In this document: one piece after another, positions 14,364-28,229 of the stretch
How positions within the stretch are numbered: the first letter of the stretch is position 1
Layout of the letters: each line of letters starts with the position of its first letter
NCBI GenBank assembly: GCA_965644295.1
Contig: CBFFRP010000185.1
Coordinates: 62,001-126,000, forward strand
DNA from: Paraphysomonas bandaiensis
Lineage: Eukaryota; Protista; Chrysophyceae
Length of the DNA stretch: 64,000 nucleotides
Reading direction: 5' to 3'
The notes under the pieces: generated by a model
Told to the model about the DNA's origin: nothing
The model's input: only the letters and a program-made list of their open reading frames with translations
Database searches by the model: none
Made by a program: the position numbers and the translations under genes

Positions 14364-14751
14364 CGAAACAGTTAATATTTGTGTAATGTAATTATGAGAA
14401 TAATCTATGGCGAGGTTGCATGTCATGTATGCACTTGCGCGGTCGCTTATGATTATTACGTTGAGTGTGTTGCTTAAAAGGTGGTAATAAGCAGCTGTGT
14501 ATTTAAATGTTTGGATTCCGCTTTTTTTAAATAACATTTTAGAAGCACCTTAAACACGATGGAGCCTAATAATTTCCTTTCACGAGGGTTGAATAAGACT
14601 GTAAGACTGTTAGTCTTATTAGTGTAAGACTGTTAGTCAGTCATAAGGTTAAAGTGAATAAAAAATAAATGATATAAACTTCACCACATAATCTTCAATG
14701 TTCAATTAAGTAATGTTTGTGGCAGTGCTAGGAGTATATTGTGACAATCAG

Positions 14752-15265
14752 CCATTAATTGCAATTAAATTGCATGGAACATAAGGAACACGTAATAATA
14801 GCAATTATAATTGCAATTAATTGGCACTTATTTACTATATAGTATATAGAATTATCACTTGGAAAACATCAAGGACGATTTATTTATTGCCCTTAATGAC
14901 TATTGTATAGTGGCTATTAAAATGGTGGGAAAACTTGCCTCTTATTATAAAGATCAAATATCGGAGTGCGATTGGGGATGTGGGCGCGCAAAAATATGAC
15001 TCCTGTGAGAGACATACTACTAGCAGTTATCACAGCTCTGATACTATCCTCACATGCTCCCGTCCACTTTCCTATTAATACAGATTGCAAGGCTGTATGC
15101 ATGAGAACTGGGGAAGCCCTATACACACGACGACGCGCACTAGGACATAGTGCTGAAGGAGTCTTCCTTGAGAGCATCGCGACAGCCAAAACGTGTAGCG
15201 CAACTATAACTAATAATTGCAATTTAATAGCTAAAAGCATTTCAATTTAATTGCAATTATTGTTA
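14752..15265. repeat. AT-rich AATTGCAATT-type low-complexity/palindromic repeat clusters flanking a ~350 bp core; possible decayed MITE
   Basis: AATTGCAATT motifs cluster at 14757-14825 and 15212-15262. Similar clusters occur at ~6720-6760 and ~56035-56090. Confidence 0.4.
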
Positions 15266-17076
15266 CGTAGCCCTGATGACAATAGCTTCCATCATCCAAT
15301 AAAACCAGATATATGTATTATTTATACAATGTCTGTAGTTACCACGAGCATGTAGAATGTACTTTAAATCTTTCAACACATATGCACGCCTGTTTAATGC
15401 AGCTAAACTTGTTATCTCAGTGTTGTGCAAAAGTATGCATCCTACATTCTATGCTGCTGTTTCTGAAAGCTAGCTAATATACACTTGTGGTCGAAGGACG
15501 AATACATGCATATTTCAAATAATTTTAAATGGGTGTAGTGATGACGGTGTCAACGATGATAGTTCAGATAATGAGTATGAGGAGAGTTGTGGTTAGTTAA
15601 GAAGTTGGTACTTTTTGCTTGCCAGCGTGTAGTACTAAATGTGATCTTAATGGCCTAGTACTAAAATGGAATCTACATATGTGTTTAATTATTGAATAAT
15701 GGTACTAATATATTGCAATAGTATTCTTAGGCCAGTATAAAAACACCATCGATATTATTGTCTAGACGCACTGCTTACGCTTTGTGTTTAACTGATGCTA
15801 ATTGCAATAGCAGTTGGGACCACGCTACCTTACAATAGTATTGCAACATATTGTTTTTTTCAATCAAAAATATAGAAAGACTTTTATATTAGCCCCTATA
15901 GTACAACACAATATACAGATATATAGATATTATAATCGCCTGATATGGTTTTACTACAATCAGTTTGTAGTAAGAATTATTCGAAATTGACATTTTGATT
16001 CCACAAGTAAGGTGACTAAACCTTGTAAACACAACCCTCAATCATTTAAATTATAAAAAACAATTTCATTATTCATTTCAACTTTCTACATTGATTAGCT
16101 ACACTGCTTTGGTAGTCGCGATCACATGCATTCACTATATTTCAGTTTATCACACTTCATTGAAACCATATAATTGAGTACTTGATTAATGTATTCGTTT
16201 ATTCTCTGTTATAAACTTCTATGAAAACTTAACAATAAGTGTGAATAATATATCGTTTAGAGATTTACCAGGGCTATAGTAAGCATAGCGTTTTAAACAC
16301 ACACTTTTATATATTGTGCAGTCGTATGCAGTAAACTATACAAGGGTATAACATCACACGGCATGATTTCAGTTCGAATGCATCTCTGTTACTGTGTCGT
16401 CACTGACAAATACTTAAGCGTACCGTTTCTCACCCCCTACTGCACTGTATGATGCTCATTCTAGCGCATGCTGCCACATGAAACGCGATGTGAACATGTG
16501 AGGAACAGTGTGTGTATGTGATATCCAGTGAGTCACTCCTCTCATGAGCATCAACTGCTACCCCAAAACATTATTAACAATACGATTTATGGGTGTTGTG
16601 TTCACTGATAATATCCCTCACTGTATCGTGGTATATGCACCATATCAGCACCTGATCGCCTCAATGAACACAATGGGCGTGTACTCGACACGGGCGACAG
16701 TCAGACAGAGGAGCTGTACGTATAGTATGACATCTTCATGCATATCCGGACATCCGTCTCATCTCCATACTGGGATATTGGCATGTATGAGGTGCGCCGG
16801 GTAAAGTAAGTTGATGAAGTGTGTAGTCCACCAATCAAACGCACAGAAGACTGTATAGACAAATCATACGAACAGAACAGACTAAAAAGCAGTTTGATTT
16901 GATAATGATCTCTTGCCGTTTCGGTTTCAGTTTTTGTGGTACGGGTGTGGTGCTGATACATATGAACGCTGTGGGTTTATACACAAATAGCCGACAAGAC
17001 TATCGACGTGACATGTTGAACACTGATAATTAAGACTGCTCTCTTATTCTTATTGTTTTGTCTGCTTATCTTGGAG

Positions 17077-18281
17077 ATGCAAGAGGCAGAGACAGAATCC
17101 ATTACTCAACTAGCAGATGCTGAGCCACAGATAGATACACCACTGCGCATTCTTTTGCCGGCAGGGACGAATGCGCCTCAACGAACTCCAAGTGCGTGTC
17201 GAGATGATTATATACGAACAAATGCTTTCTCTCCTGCTGCATATACTGTTGCTCTAAATACGGAAGGCGACAATGCACCAAGAGTGGGCCCTAATAGTCG
17301 GTTACCTTCGCTGCCACATCATTCCAGTTCCAAGGGTGGAGACAGTGATGCTAAAATCAAAACGGCCATATCTCACTACACGGTCCTTGCTTTTTCTTGT
17401 CACCGAGCTGGGAAAAGTGAAGTTGAGGCGTCTGCGTACATATCTCTGGCTGTTATATATGATAATATGGGGAATTATAAACAGGGAATCGAAAACTATG
17501 AAAATTATCTCAGAATATGTACGCAAATCGCTGACGCCCATGGAGAAGCAGTTGCATACAATTGCTTAGGGGTTAATTATATGCTCTTGGCATGGAATGC
17601 TTCTGATGAGGGGTTTTTACACGGTTTCAAAGCGACTGAGCAATCACTTGGATACATTGACAAGGCTATTGAATACCATCAGAATCATGTAAACATTGCC
17701 GACCAAGGTGGAAAGTTTGTGGCGCATATAAATCTCGGACTATGTTATGGAGTAAAAGGCGAATATGCATTGGCAGCGAAGCACCATCAAAGCGCACTTC
17801 GCATTGCTATCAAGATGCAAACTCTTTTCGGACAGAGCATTGCTGTGGGAAATCTCGGAATGCTTGCTGTAGCGAAAAAAGATTTCGTCACCGCCCGCAC
17901 TTGTTTTGAACAGGTATACTTCAAGAATGTATTGCTCTTTATAATATCTTCCCGTTTTAGCATTTACAGCTAGTTCAGTCTTTGGGGGATGTTGAAGGAG
18001 AAGTAAATGCATGGAAACTGGTCAGCTTTACTTTTCTTGTGGTGTATTATTTCTGATATTTAGTATGTATATAGATGGCTCAACTGAGTACGATTCAAGA
18101 GAACTATGCCGAGGCAGTGGAATTCTTGGAACACGCTCAAAGAATGGCTCTGAAAAATGGTTTCTACAATGAGCTGAGACGAATACTCTGTTTGCTCGGT
18201 ATGGCACGAGGCAACATGAATTTTCCTATCTTGACCGAGCAACTAGTTAGCGCTGCAGAGAGTAATTGTGATCAAGAGTGA
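17077..18281 (+). CDS. Tetratricopeptide repeat protein (TTC29/TTC28-like), 3 exons
   Basis: TPR motifs AYISLAVIYDNMGNYKQGIENYENYL, AYNCLGVNY, AHINLGLCYGVKGEYALAAKHHQSAL and AVGNLGML. Introns follow 17913 and ~18020. Confidence 0.8.
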
Positions 18282-18625
18282 AATTCATGATATTAAACTT
18301 ACGATTACTCTTGTACAAGTTATTTTGTTTAGATTTGTTGCTCATACGTTGAATGTTGTCAGTATGCTGTTGTAATTTATAATTAACCCTTGATGCATTT
18401 CTCTTGAATAAATGGTTTGTGCAATGTGCTGAGGCGAATATTGCACGTAGCAGCATGAAGTTTCCTCTTTTGACGGAGCAACTAAATAGTTCCACAGAGA
18501 GTAATTTTATTCAAAAATAAGCTCATGATGCTAAACTTACGATTACTCTTGTGTACTCTATTACTCTTGAGCTCATGAGTGTTGTTGGTTATCTGTTAAC
18601 GCATTTTCTTGGTAAATCAAGGTTT
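18200..18625 (+). repeat. Diverged ~240 bp tandem duplication of the TPR gene 3' end and 3' UTR
   Basis: GCACGAGGCAACATGAATTTTCCTATCTTGACCGAGCAACTA... (18203) matches GCACGTAGCAGCATGAAGTTTCCTCTTTTGACGGAGCAACTA... (18443). Both copies are followed by AAACTTACGATTACTCTTGT. Confidence 0.85.
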
Positions 18626-19624
18626 TGATTAATTATTAATATATGTGCAAGAGAGTGCGTGTTGGCCACATTTATACTCTTAAATAACATACGTATACAG
18701 GTCAGACGAGCGAAGTACCTTAAACTTATGGCCATCAAAATTCACTTATTGTAATACAACTCGTACTTTCTTCAAAAATATACTTTTGCTATATTTTAAA
18801 CTTATACGTATGTTTAATAAAAAGGTACAAAGAAGTTATAAAACTATATCATAATCACTCATCATAGCATCATCGATATCTAATGAAACGAAAAATCTGT
18901 ACATCGTCATCAGATGAGTGTTACCTAATTCTTATGAAAACTATGTTGTATTATAAGAATAGACTTAACAAGAGAAATATAGTAGCATATAGTTTAGATC
19001 TAATGCATATCGACAAAAGTGTCCATGTACTCTTACATTAATAGTCACAACGCTTTTCTTTTCATGACCATAGCTTCTTATTAGGTTTGCTCTAGCTTGC
19101 TTCTATCACTATAGACTGTGAATTATATGTGTCATCTTTTGTGACTTGATTCGGTTTCTCAACATAAGATATCCGAATTTATTGAGGCCACCGAAATAAT
19201 ATTATTGATTCACAATTAATTTCTGTCATCTTTAGCTCCGGATGACTTCCAAATCTGACAATATTAGACTGACATATGGTGGATATCGCTCGGATATCGT
19301 ATCTATGTACTGCTGTATGGGATATCCGGATATCGCTCATCTTGCTTTTTTTGCATCGTCCAATGCCTGTGGTGTACTGGTGTACTGGTGTAATGGTGTA
19401 CTACAGTACGCTGGTTTACTGATGTACTGGTGCACAAACTGTGTGTCGTGCACTGCTCTGGTGACTGATTGGTAGCTAATTCCTAGAAAGAATTCCAGCG
19501 AAGAGTATCGCTGTCTGCTGTGTGGTACTCACAGCAGAGATATCCAAATCAGATATATGACATCAATCCTGTTCCCTCGGACATCTATTATATCACAGAT
19601 CAGTAGGGGTCATTCAGCTGTGTG

Positions 19625-20819
19625 ATGGCAATGTCGTGCAATTCGTCATCTTCACTGACGTTTTTCGCAATAGGCGATTTCGGTAACCCCACAAAAGAAG
19701 TGATTGCAGTGGCTGAGGCGATGAATAGTTATGCTCTAGAATATGGGAGCCCGTCTTTTATACTGGGTCTCGGGGATAATGTTTACCCGACTGGTGTTAG
19801 CTCTGAATTAGACCCCAAGTTCAAGGTCGCCTGGTCTGATGTTTTTCTTGCTCACCAAGCGTTACAAGTGCCTTGGTATGTAAGTAAGTTCAACCTAATA
19901 CAAGTTACTTGGGTTTAATTTGAGTTCAAACATTAGTTCTGGGAAATCATGATTATATGGGAGTTCCTGAAGCGCAAGTAAAGTTCACAACATCTACGAA
20001 AAATGTCGGCGGCTTTTGGCGTATGCCTAGCCCATACTACACAGTTTCATGGAATGATAACCACCCAGAAATACCCCATAATTTTATTGATTTATTTGCA
20101 ATGGACACCAACGGTAGTTCACATGTCAGTTAATCGTAGTGTGATTATGTTGCTAGGTTGTTAGGGTCACGTACAGCGGTCGCATCCATCGTCCATAGAA
20201 CACCTACAAGAACAGAAGATTTGGCTGCGAGAAAGGCTGGAGCACTCTTCTGCTCACTGGAAGGTTGTAATAGGCCATCATCCGATGTATACTAAGGGTA
20301 GAGGGCACCAGTTAGCTTGTGTCCGTCTTCGAGATGAAATGTACACCTGCAACAGGTATATTGCATTTTTGCATTCATACCTTTTCATTCTCTGAGCTGT
20401 GTAAATAGGTACAACCGCATTACCAAGAGGTATGAACGTGCTCAATGCCAAGGATTTGGAATGGAGAATGTTGTTGCGAATGGGGGTGCCGACCTATATA
20501 TATCCGGCCACGAACATGTGTTCCAGCATACTAATCATAGAGATGTACAACATGTGGTATGTGGAAATTCCGGTTAGTGCCGTTAACTTGTTAGGCCATA
20601 AACTTCTTTATTTCCAACAACTGATTAGGTGCAGATATACGAGAGAACGAAGGGTTTTATGGCGGAAAGCTGAGCGTTGCTCACGTCGACTGGCACGACC
20701 AGACAAATACATATGGCTTCTTGGCCGTGACACTAACGGTCGACATGATGACTATTAAAATGATAAATGCAAGCGGAGAACCGTTTGAAATACTAAATAG
20801 ACCTCATAAACCATTATAA
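19625..20819 (+). CDS. Calcineurin-like metallophosphoesterase, tartrate-resistant/purple acid phosphatase (ACP5-like), multi-exon
   Basis: Motifs GDFG, LGDNVY, LGNHDY, VIGHHPMY and SGHEH occur in order across exons. Stop TAA at 20817-20819. Confidence 0.88.
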
Positions 20820-21111
20820 TAAGAGTCATTTTAGGACAAGTTATTAGTGATATTATAATCATCAGAATCACCTCAAACTATATAGACTTTCTGGTTAGAT
20901 GTTTACAGCACTATAATTACAGGGAAACTTAATAAAACGACCCACCAGTGTTATAGTTGTCAAAATATTTAATATGCACAGGTACCTTACAACATACGTA
21001 TTGCTTATTATCATCATTGATATATTATTAATTCAATTTCACAAGAAATCAAAATGCTATATACTATTAAACTTACAGAATTATACAGACATTACTTTAT
21101 TCCCACTTGAA

Positions 21112-21563
21112 CTACCCCCACGCTTCTTGATATCCATAATGAATTACTAGCTCGCCACCACTCTGAAAATTCTACTTAACAACGTTAAAAAAATCTAACC
21201 AATTATTTCATGTAACCTCATATAAGTAATGTAAGAGTTGGTCAGGGGTTGGACTGAAGCCAGATCCACAGAAAAGAAAAAGCGCGCCATCACGTTTCAG
21301 TTGTTTGCGAAGAAAAGTCTCCACCTAGAATGCATGAGCAACATCACACTGAGTCTGTGTTTCATACATAGAATATCGGCTTCTGCCCATCAATCTTATA
21401 TTTCATCTTTTTAAGAGAGTCGGCTTCTCCCACAGACCGCAAATGAACTGGTATTGGTGGACCTTTTTCTAATCGATAATTACGAGATGATAACACTCAA
21501 GAGTTACGTGTCGTTGAACGATAAGTGTAACTACTCACCTTTCTCTGCCTTAGCGTCCTCCAT
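21112..21563 (-). CDS. ATG12: Ubiquitin-like autophagy protein ATG12, 4 exons (absent from the ORF track)
   Basis: Spliced translation MEDAKAEK..PPIPVHLRSVGEADSLKKMKYKIDGQKPIFY/VETFLRKQLKRDGALFLFCGSGFSPTPDQLLHYLYE/NFQSGGELVIHYGYQEAWG*. The F-S-P-x-P-D motif and C-terminal AWG are characteristic of ATG12. Confidence 0.9.
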
Positions 21564-22041
21564 CTACTTCACAGGGTGAGAGAGAATGAATGTGTTCAGT
21601 TAGTAGTGTGTCTACCCCGTAACACAAACCTTCAATAAGAGTGAGGAGTGAGTTGATGCTCTGTGCTATCGAGGATACAGCAGCGGATAAATAATCCCGC
21701 ATTTCCATCAACAGAACACATAAAAACTATTATTTTTTGGAAGGTTAAACCTCGAAACTCTAGTTTTTGGTGATGGACATGATATGAGTGCATCCATATA
21801 CAGTACAGCAGAATACGCCCACCACTCTGTTGGCATGGCTGAATTATGTATAGCCGTGAGCTGCATGTAGTAGCATATTAATAGCTGCGTCTTCGTCTGA
21901 TACTCCACACGAGTTCAGTTATTCCTTACGCGAGGCCTCCACTCACATGTTTCATCAGCTGCATTTCCCTAACGATAGTCGGCGCTGTTAACACACACAT
22001 CTATCTATCTATCTCTTCACTATCACCCAGCTGTCTCCTAG

Positions 22042-25000
22042 ATGTTCACTGCGGCCCCCGTCGTTGATCCGGGATCATCGAAAACAACTGTCATCAGGCC
22101 ACGTAAACGAACTGGAAAGAAAAGCGACATAGCGACCATTGACCGGCCTGCTGCTGCTCCTGTCAGCTACAGACCTGAGTGCAACAATCCGCTCGACAGA
22201 TTCTGTGAACTCCTTTTGAACTGGAGCATATCTGACACTGATAAAAACAAACAGCATGAAGTTAATGAAGAAAGAACTGTGCCGCTGACATTTTCTTCAT
22301 ACAGCTCATACGTTAAAACCTGGGAGCCTCTTCTGATAATTGAAACGCGTGCGTGCATACTTTCGTCAATTCCTACGAAATGCGGTACTGGTTCAGTCAG
22401 GGCATGTCCAGTTGATATGGAGCATGTATCATCCCCACTTGTAAAGCTGCAGTGTGCACTTAGTAATGACACCGATAACTCTGCGACCCGGTAGAGTATA
22501 TGTTGCTCACTGGTAATTCTCTAACCTAACACTTTTTGTGTGATTGCAGCGCAACGTCCGTTGGGGTAATGAGCCTTTTGTTATTTTCATCCATTGGATT
22601 AGAATCTTCAGGGGGTAGTGCTCTTCCTAACGAGCTTCCAGACAAAACAAGTTACTTTTTAGGACTTGTCACTTCCCAACAGCGTGGCAATGAGCTACAA
22701 GTCTCTGCGTTCAGAACGCAATTCACTACGTTTTTAAAGGTAGATGAGAATGCAGCAAAACAGAAATTTCGTCAAAGGTGTGTACACATATCATTGGTTT
22801 TTTGATTCATTTAAATTTACTATACATACTTATATAGAGGTACCACTCCTGCATTTATGTTGAACTATAAGGTCCTCGGTGGATTGACATCATCATTTAG
22901 AGAGTTCCTCGCACTTCATGAGGCTTATCGAATGCCAATCATTCACTCATTGTTAAATCCTGTTGCTAGTTCAGTATTATTGGAGGAAAAGGGGGAACCA
23001 TCTCGTCCTGATACACCTCCTCATGTTTCTCCGCCTCGAGGGTTGCACATCCCCGCGTCAGAGGTGCCACTGGGGGAACTTCGGACGGAGGACTCTCCTT
23101 ATGAAGAAAAGTCGAGAAAGAGCACTAGCCTGTCTGACGTGGAGGATGTGTCAAACGAAGGCGGTAACGGCAAAACCAAGAGATGGGAGATGGAAGGAGT
23201 AGGGGTTGCATTCAACCGCCACCTGCATGGGAGGTACAACGATTCCCAGCTTCAAGCTATTCGTTCAGCGGTGGAAACCCCCACTGGATTTTGTCTCATT
23301 CAAGGACCTCCAGGCACTGGAAAAACTTCCACCATTCTAGGTCTCCTAAACTCTGTGCATATTCGGGATTACAATATCTATTTTGAGGCTCTCTTACAAC
23401 GAATCACCGGACCGGACGGGTTGCGTTGCCGTGAGAAAGGCTTAGATCCCATTCCATGGGTAGCTATGATCAATTCCCTCACTGAATTCAGTAAAAAGCC
23501 GCACCTCTTGGTTGTGGCCCCGTCAAATGTGGCAGTGGATAATATTATTCAGCGAATAGTCGAGCAGGGGTTTAAAGATAGCAGCGGATGTATCTATTAC
23601 CCCAATATACTGCGGGTGGGATCGGGAGGTGCCAAGAGCTCATCTGCTCGGGCAGTGTCGCTTGACGAAGCGGTGGACACAATTCTCTCCGAAGAAAATG
23701 ACGGTGTGGATCGTATAGTGTCAACTGACACTGAGATAACGAGTGCGATGCGTGACATTCTGCAATCTATAATAGGTCTTCAGACAATTCTCCTCAATAT
23801 GAAACTCTCGTGGCAGGCACACCCGCTAGGACCTGGATGGGAACTCCGAATTTTGCAAGAGTCTGCGCGGCCGTATTGGGTTGATCACTATAACAAGAGG
23901 ACTTCTAACACTCCTCCCCCTCCTCCTCCTCAAGATTCATCAATGCGTAGTGATTACACACTAGAAACTCTTCCTGAATACAAGTTCTATACTCATTTAA
24001 TTGTCCAAAAACTCGAGGAGCTACGGGTACTACATCTTCAAAAGGTGAGAGTGCGAACAGTGTCTCAACACCGCAGTGGGGGAAGAGGGCGTGGGGTGGT
24101 ATCGACATCTTTAAGACGTTCTCTTGAAACTTCCTTCATTGAGGAAGCTGACATCGTCTTTACCACTCTCAATAGCTCGGGGCACCCTTGTTTGGAGGGG
24201 TCTGTGTTCCCTGTGGTAATCATCGATGAAGCCGCACAATGCGTTGAGCCGTCAACGCTGATTCCGCTCCGTATGGGATGCATCCAGTGTATTATGGTTG
24301 GAGATCAGAATCAGCTCTCCGCAACAGTATTTGCGAAGTCTTTGACTGGGGGGAAAGGCTTTGATAGGTCGCTGTTCGAGCGTCTTGTAGGCAGTCGCAG
24401 CGCTGTCATGTTAGATACGCAATACCGCATGCTTCCGCAGATATCTCGCTTTCCATCAATGAAATTTTACCATGGTAATCTGAAGGATGGTGAAAACGTA
24501 TGTACTAAGGGGTATGGTCCTTTTTATCTCGGAGCCCCGCAGGAAGATGAAGTAACTAGGAGTTATGAAGAGCCTGCTAAACTTAAGCCATTTTTGTTTT
24601 TCGATCTTAAATCTTCTCGAGATGTAGTTGGTGATAGCGCATCTCGGTCTAATATAGAGGAGGCCAGATTATGCCTTCAACTTATTGAATTGATTATATA
24701 CGAAGCCAGTAAAGTAGGGGCGGTAGTGGGGTCCATTGGGGTAATAACTCCTTATCAGGAACAGCTGAGTGAGCTCTATCGGTTGTTTGAAGGTGCTTCA
24801 TTACTCCCTAGAAACTCGCGTCCTGGTTCCACTGAGAGAGAGAAACCAACCACTTCTAAGGCTGTTATTTCTCAAGCCGAGGAAGAGGAAGAGGAAGGGG
24901 AGATTCAAGAGAATGATGGGTGCGATCACTTGTATGGCGACCTTAGGGCTGCTGAAACTCTACGGTTTTATGATATAGAGCTCAACACTGTCGACGCTTT

Positions 25001-25382
25001 TCAAGGTCGAGAAAAGGATATCATTGTGATATCGTGTGTCAGGTCCAATGATATGGGAAACATAGGGTTTCTCTCTGATACCCGCAGAATGAACGTTGCT
25101 CTGACACGCGCACGGTATGGCCTTTTTGTCATTGGAAATGCCGCAACGCTGCGACAAAATGAGCATTGGAGTGGTCTGATTGACCATGCACAGTCTGAAA
25201 ATTCTCTCGTATCAATTGATAGTTCTGCTTCTGATATACTCCAATCTCTTGGGGGAGGAAATTCAACTATGGAGTCAAGAAGTACACTGACGTTCTCTTC
25301 ATCATCTAATCGAGGTGCGAAGCGCAAACATCAGGATATTGCTGCAAACTCTCCAGCGAAAGAGGATATATTGATCGTATGA
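22042..25382 (+). CDS. SEN1/senataxin-like (UPF1-like superfamily 1) RNA/DNA helicase with inserted WW-like domain
   Basis: Motifs NDSQLQAI, IQGPPGTGKT, APSNVAVD, IIDEAAQ, VGDQNQL, RSLFERL, LDTQYRM, ITPYQEQ, TVDAFQGREKD and RRMNVALTRAR. The N-terminal VPLTFSSYSSYVKTWEPLLIIE is SEN1-like. Two 5' introns. Confidence 0.9.
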
Positions 25383-25861
25383 CTGAATAGTATAATGTAT
25401 AGATGCGATACTGCTTTTGTTGGCATATATTCAGTTAGAAACCTGGTTTCTTTTATATACATAGATTTAATTTGCATTGGCACAGTTCTGCTTGCCACTT
25501 GCTGGGCAGAATAGAGTTTAACATTAGATTTTATGTTCGAAATCTGGATTGCAATTTCTTCCACTGATCGGATTCGATTTGTAAAATACAAATCAGATGA
25601 TTAGAAATATATCTTGATTTTACATGTCATGAGTTGAGGGTATTTAGGATGCACTGTTAGTATAAATATAAGTGCATACTAATGCACGTTACTTTTCTCT
25701 GTATGCTAATTACAAACACTCTGTTATAATTGGACACTTCACAAAAATTAGTATAGCTCTCTACACTCTACAACTAAACTAAATTACTGCTTAGTACTGC
25801 GGGTTTGTAGCTTGTAGAAGTGAATGTCTTATTATATAGCAATATGCATTTAAGAGTAGTG

Positions 25862-26670
25862 AACGGAAGTGGTTGCACCTTGGTGCTTGCGGCGACGCAC
25901 AAGCAGCTTTCGTAGCGTTAAATAGTAGGATAAAAGAGTTTGTATTGATTAGTTACGGGTAGTGGTCTAACTAGTATGACTAGCATTCTTCTAGCCACTA
26001 ATTGATGCAAGGTCTCAACGCCTATTGCTAAATAATCAGACATTCACACACATTTAAGAGTAGTAAGAAATAAGTTAGCATTGCAATTTAACTAACTAGT
26101 GCGTCACAATGATATATATCCTACTATTTAACACTACGAAAGTTGGTTTTTGTGCGTCACCACAAGCACCAAGGCGTAACCACTTTTGCTCCCCTTTACA
26201 AAGTCGGACTCGCACCTTTTCGTGGTGCTCTGGAGGAAAAGTACCGGAGAAATTTCTCCGGGAAACTAACGTGAGCCGCAAACATATAGACAGCAGATAT
26301 TGTTCTGTCCACCCATATAGCCAAAAATGATTGTGTGGTACAAGGGACACCAATAAGTGTCACTTGTGTAGACGTGTTTGGGCCCTGTGACGAATAAACA
26401 GGCATTCGGGAATGGGCCCACCTCAAGGGCATCCGGGACAGTGCCCGCCTGAAGGGTAACCGGGGTATTGGGCTGCCTGCTGAAGTCAAGCATCCGGGAT
26501 GTTCACCTGAAGAACTAAAAAAACCTGAAGTCAGTTGATGTCATGTATATCAACATCCTGCTTGCTCGCTGTGTTTTTGCTTTGAGTGATAGAGCAAAAT
26601 TGGTTACACCTTGGTGTTTACGGTGACACACAACAAGTAGCTTTTGTAGCATTTTAATATAGTACGATAT
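25862..26670. repeat. Dispersed repeat family R1 cluster: module A (-) 25862-26035, module A core (+) 26113-26190, A+insert+B (-) 26196-26670
   Basis: Direct sequence identity with 33735-34212 and 44338-44694, e.g. ACAAAGTCGGACTCGCACCTTTTCG and GTGTGGTACAAGGGACACCAATAAGTGTCACTTGTGTAGACG. Confidence 0.92.
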
Positions 26671-27242
26671 ATCATATTTCTGATTCTCAAATGCTTATTG
26701 ATAATAATGAGATATTCACTACTATCGTCACTTTAACTTTTCATTATTTTGTGTGCTTTGCATTCACCATCCGGGAATGGGTCCAGTAGTGATTATTAGT
26801 TATATAATATATTAGCAGTAGGCGTTTAAGAGGTTGAGTCCTAATTGAATGTCTGATTATTAAAAGAAGCGCAAGCTCTTCTTGTGCGTTGCCGCGACCA
26901 ACCTAACAACTCGCGCGACACTAAAAGCATACCAATGTTCCATGACTCTCATCTATAGTTATATATATTATACTATATTATTATTGCATGCACTGATAAG
27001 TGCTCAACTATACAACACGATTTAGTTTAAGCCGGATCATACGACGAGTTGCGTGTTTATATCCCGGATTATACGATCCTGTCCAATCTACTATTGTCCA
27101 AACACAAACAACTTGCGCGGTCGGTGTCTTCGGCATATATCTCCTGTATAATATGCGGCAGATCTTTAGGGCCCTCTTCAAGGTGGTGTTCACAGCAGCA
27201 GGTAGTCTCTGGAGGGGAGAATAATAGCAAGAATGAAAACCT

Positions 27243-27682
27243 TTAACTCTGATACCCTGCTATATTTAACGCTACAAAAGCTGCAATTTAAGTATCCCTT
27301 GCATCATGTATTATATATATAAATAAATGTGTTATTACCGTTACATTAACCGTTACATTCTCACTTTTTGGGCCTCCTGTATCTCTAATATAAAATTTAT
27401 TAAATGTCTCTAAAAACATGTTCTCTTTACACCTCTATACTACATTACTTTTATTGCAAAACACATCAAAAACACAACTTAAATCGATATTTATAATTTC
27501 GCCAGGTTTAGACCGTTTTACCAGGTTTGGTCATCACATCACAACTTCTTACAAGCTTTTGGCTATGAGTGGGCAGAAAATAATTACTGTATATATGCGG
27601 CTCACGTTAGTTTCCGGGAGATATATATCTGGTACTTATCCCCCAGAACACCACGAAAATGTGCGAGTCCGGTTTTGTTGTG
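27243..27682 (+). repeat. R1 fragments: module A piece (27243-27285) and module B 3' part (27552-27682)
   Basis: TTTAACGCTACAAAAGCTGC, and TGGCTATGAGTGGGCAGA...GCGGCTCACGTTAGTTTCC...GGTACTTATCCCCCAGAACACCACGAAAA. Confidence 0.85.
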
Positions 27683-28052
27683 GAGTTTAATTGCATACTA
27701 TACTGTATATATAATATATACCATATATACCCTAGAAATAGAATGGAAAAGAGATAATATGCGTTTAACTTAACTACTTTCTGCTATCTATCTATAGGTG
27801 TATTGCTGATGCAGCTCAACAAGTGTAAGACAACCATTTCCTTCGTTACAACCACACATAACCATGTGATAGAAAGTCCATAAACAGTTGAAAGAAACAC
27901 CAAACGATAACATTTTTATGAAATTTGGTAGCCTCACGATATAGACCTGGCGTATATTATTCTTTGTTTTGAAGGTAAAATTATACAATCTTACCATGTG
28001 GAAGTAGTCCTTTTATTTCAAGTTCCTATATATATATACGTGTTGTTCATTA

Positions 28053-28229
28053 TTAACAATAGGCGTTTGGGAGTCAGAACCAGCTTAGTGGCTAGAAGAA
28101 TACTACAGTCAAAGCTAGATATATGCATCTATCATAAACTAACTAGTATAACATTGATATCCTACTATTTAACGGTACGAAAGTTACTTGTGCGTCACCG
28201 AAAGCATCAAGGTGCAACCACTTCCGCTT
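28053..28229 (+). repeat. R1 module A, followed by an unrelated GC-rich segment to ~28600
   Basis: CAATAGGCGTT...CTTAGTGGCTAGAAGAAT...CCTACTATTTAACGGTACGAAAG...GTGCGTCACCG...CAAGGTGCAACCACTTCCG. Confidence 0.85.

Noticed and set aside
26096-26493. Recurrent small ORFs MLDFSRQPNTPVTL... and ...CASPQAPR... (also at 33706, 44402 and 6746)
   Set aside because: They recur only because they lie in repeat R1. Indels between copies shift their frames, so there is no sign of coding constraint.
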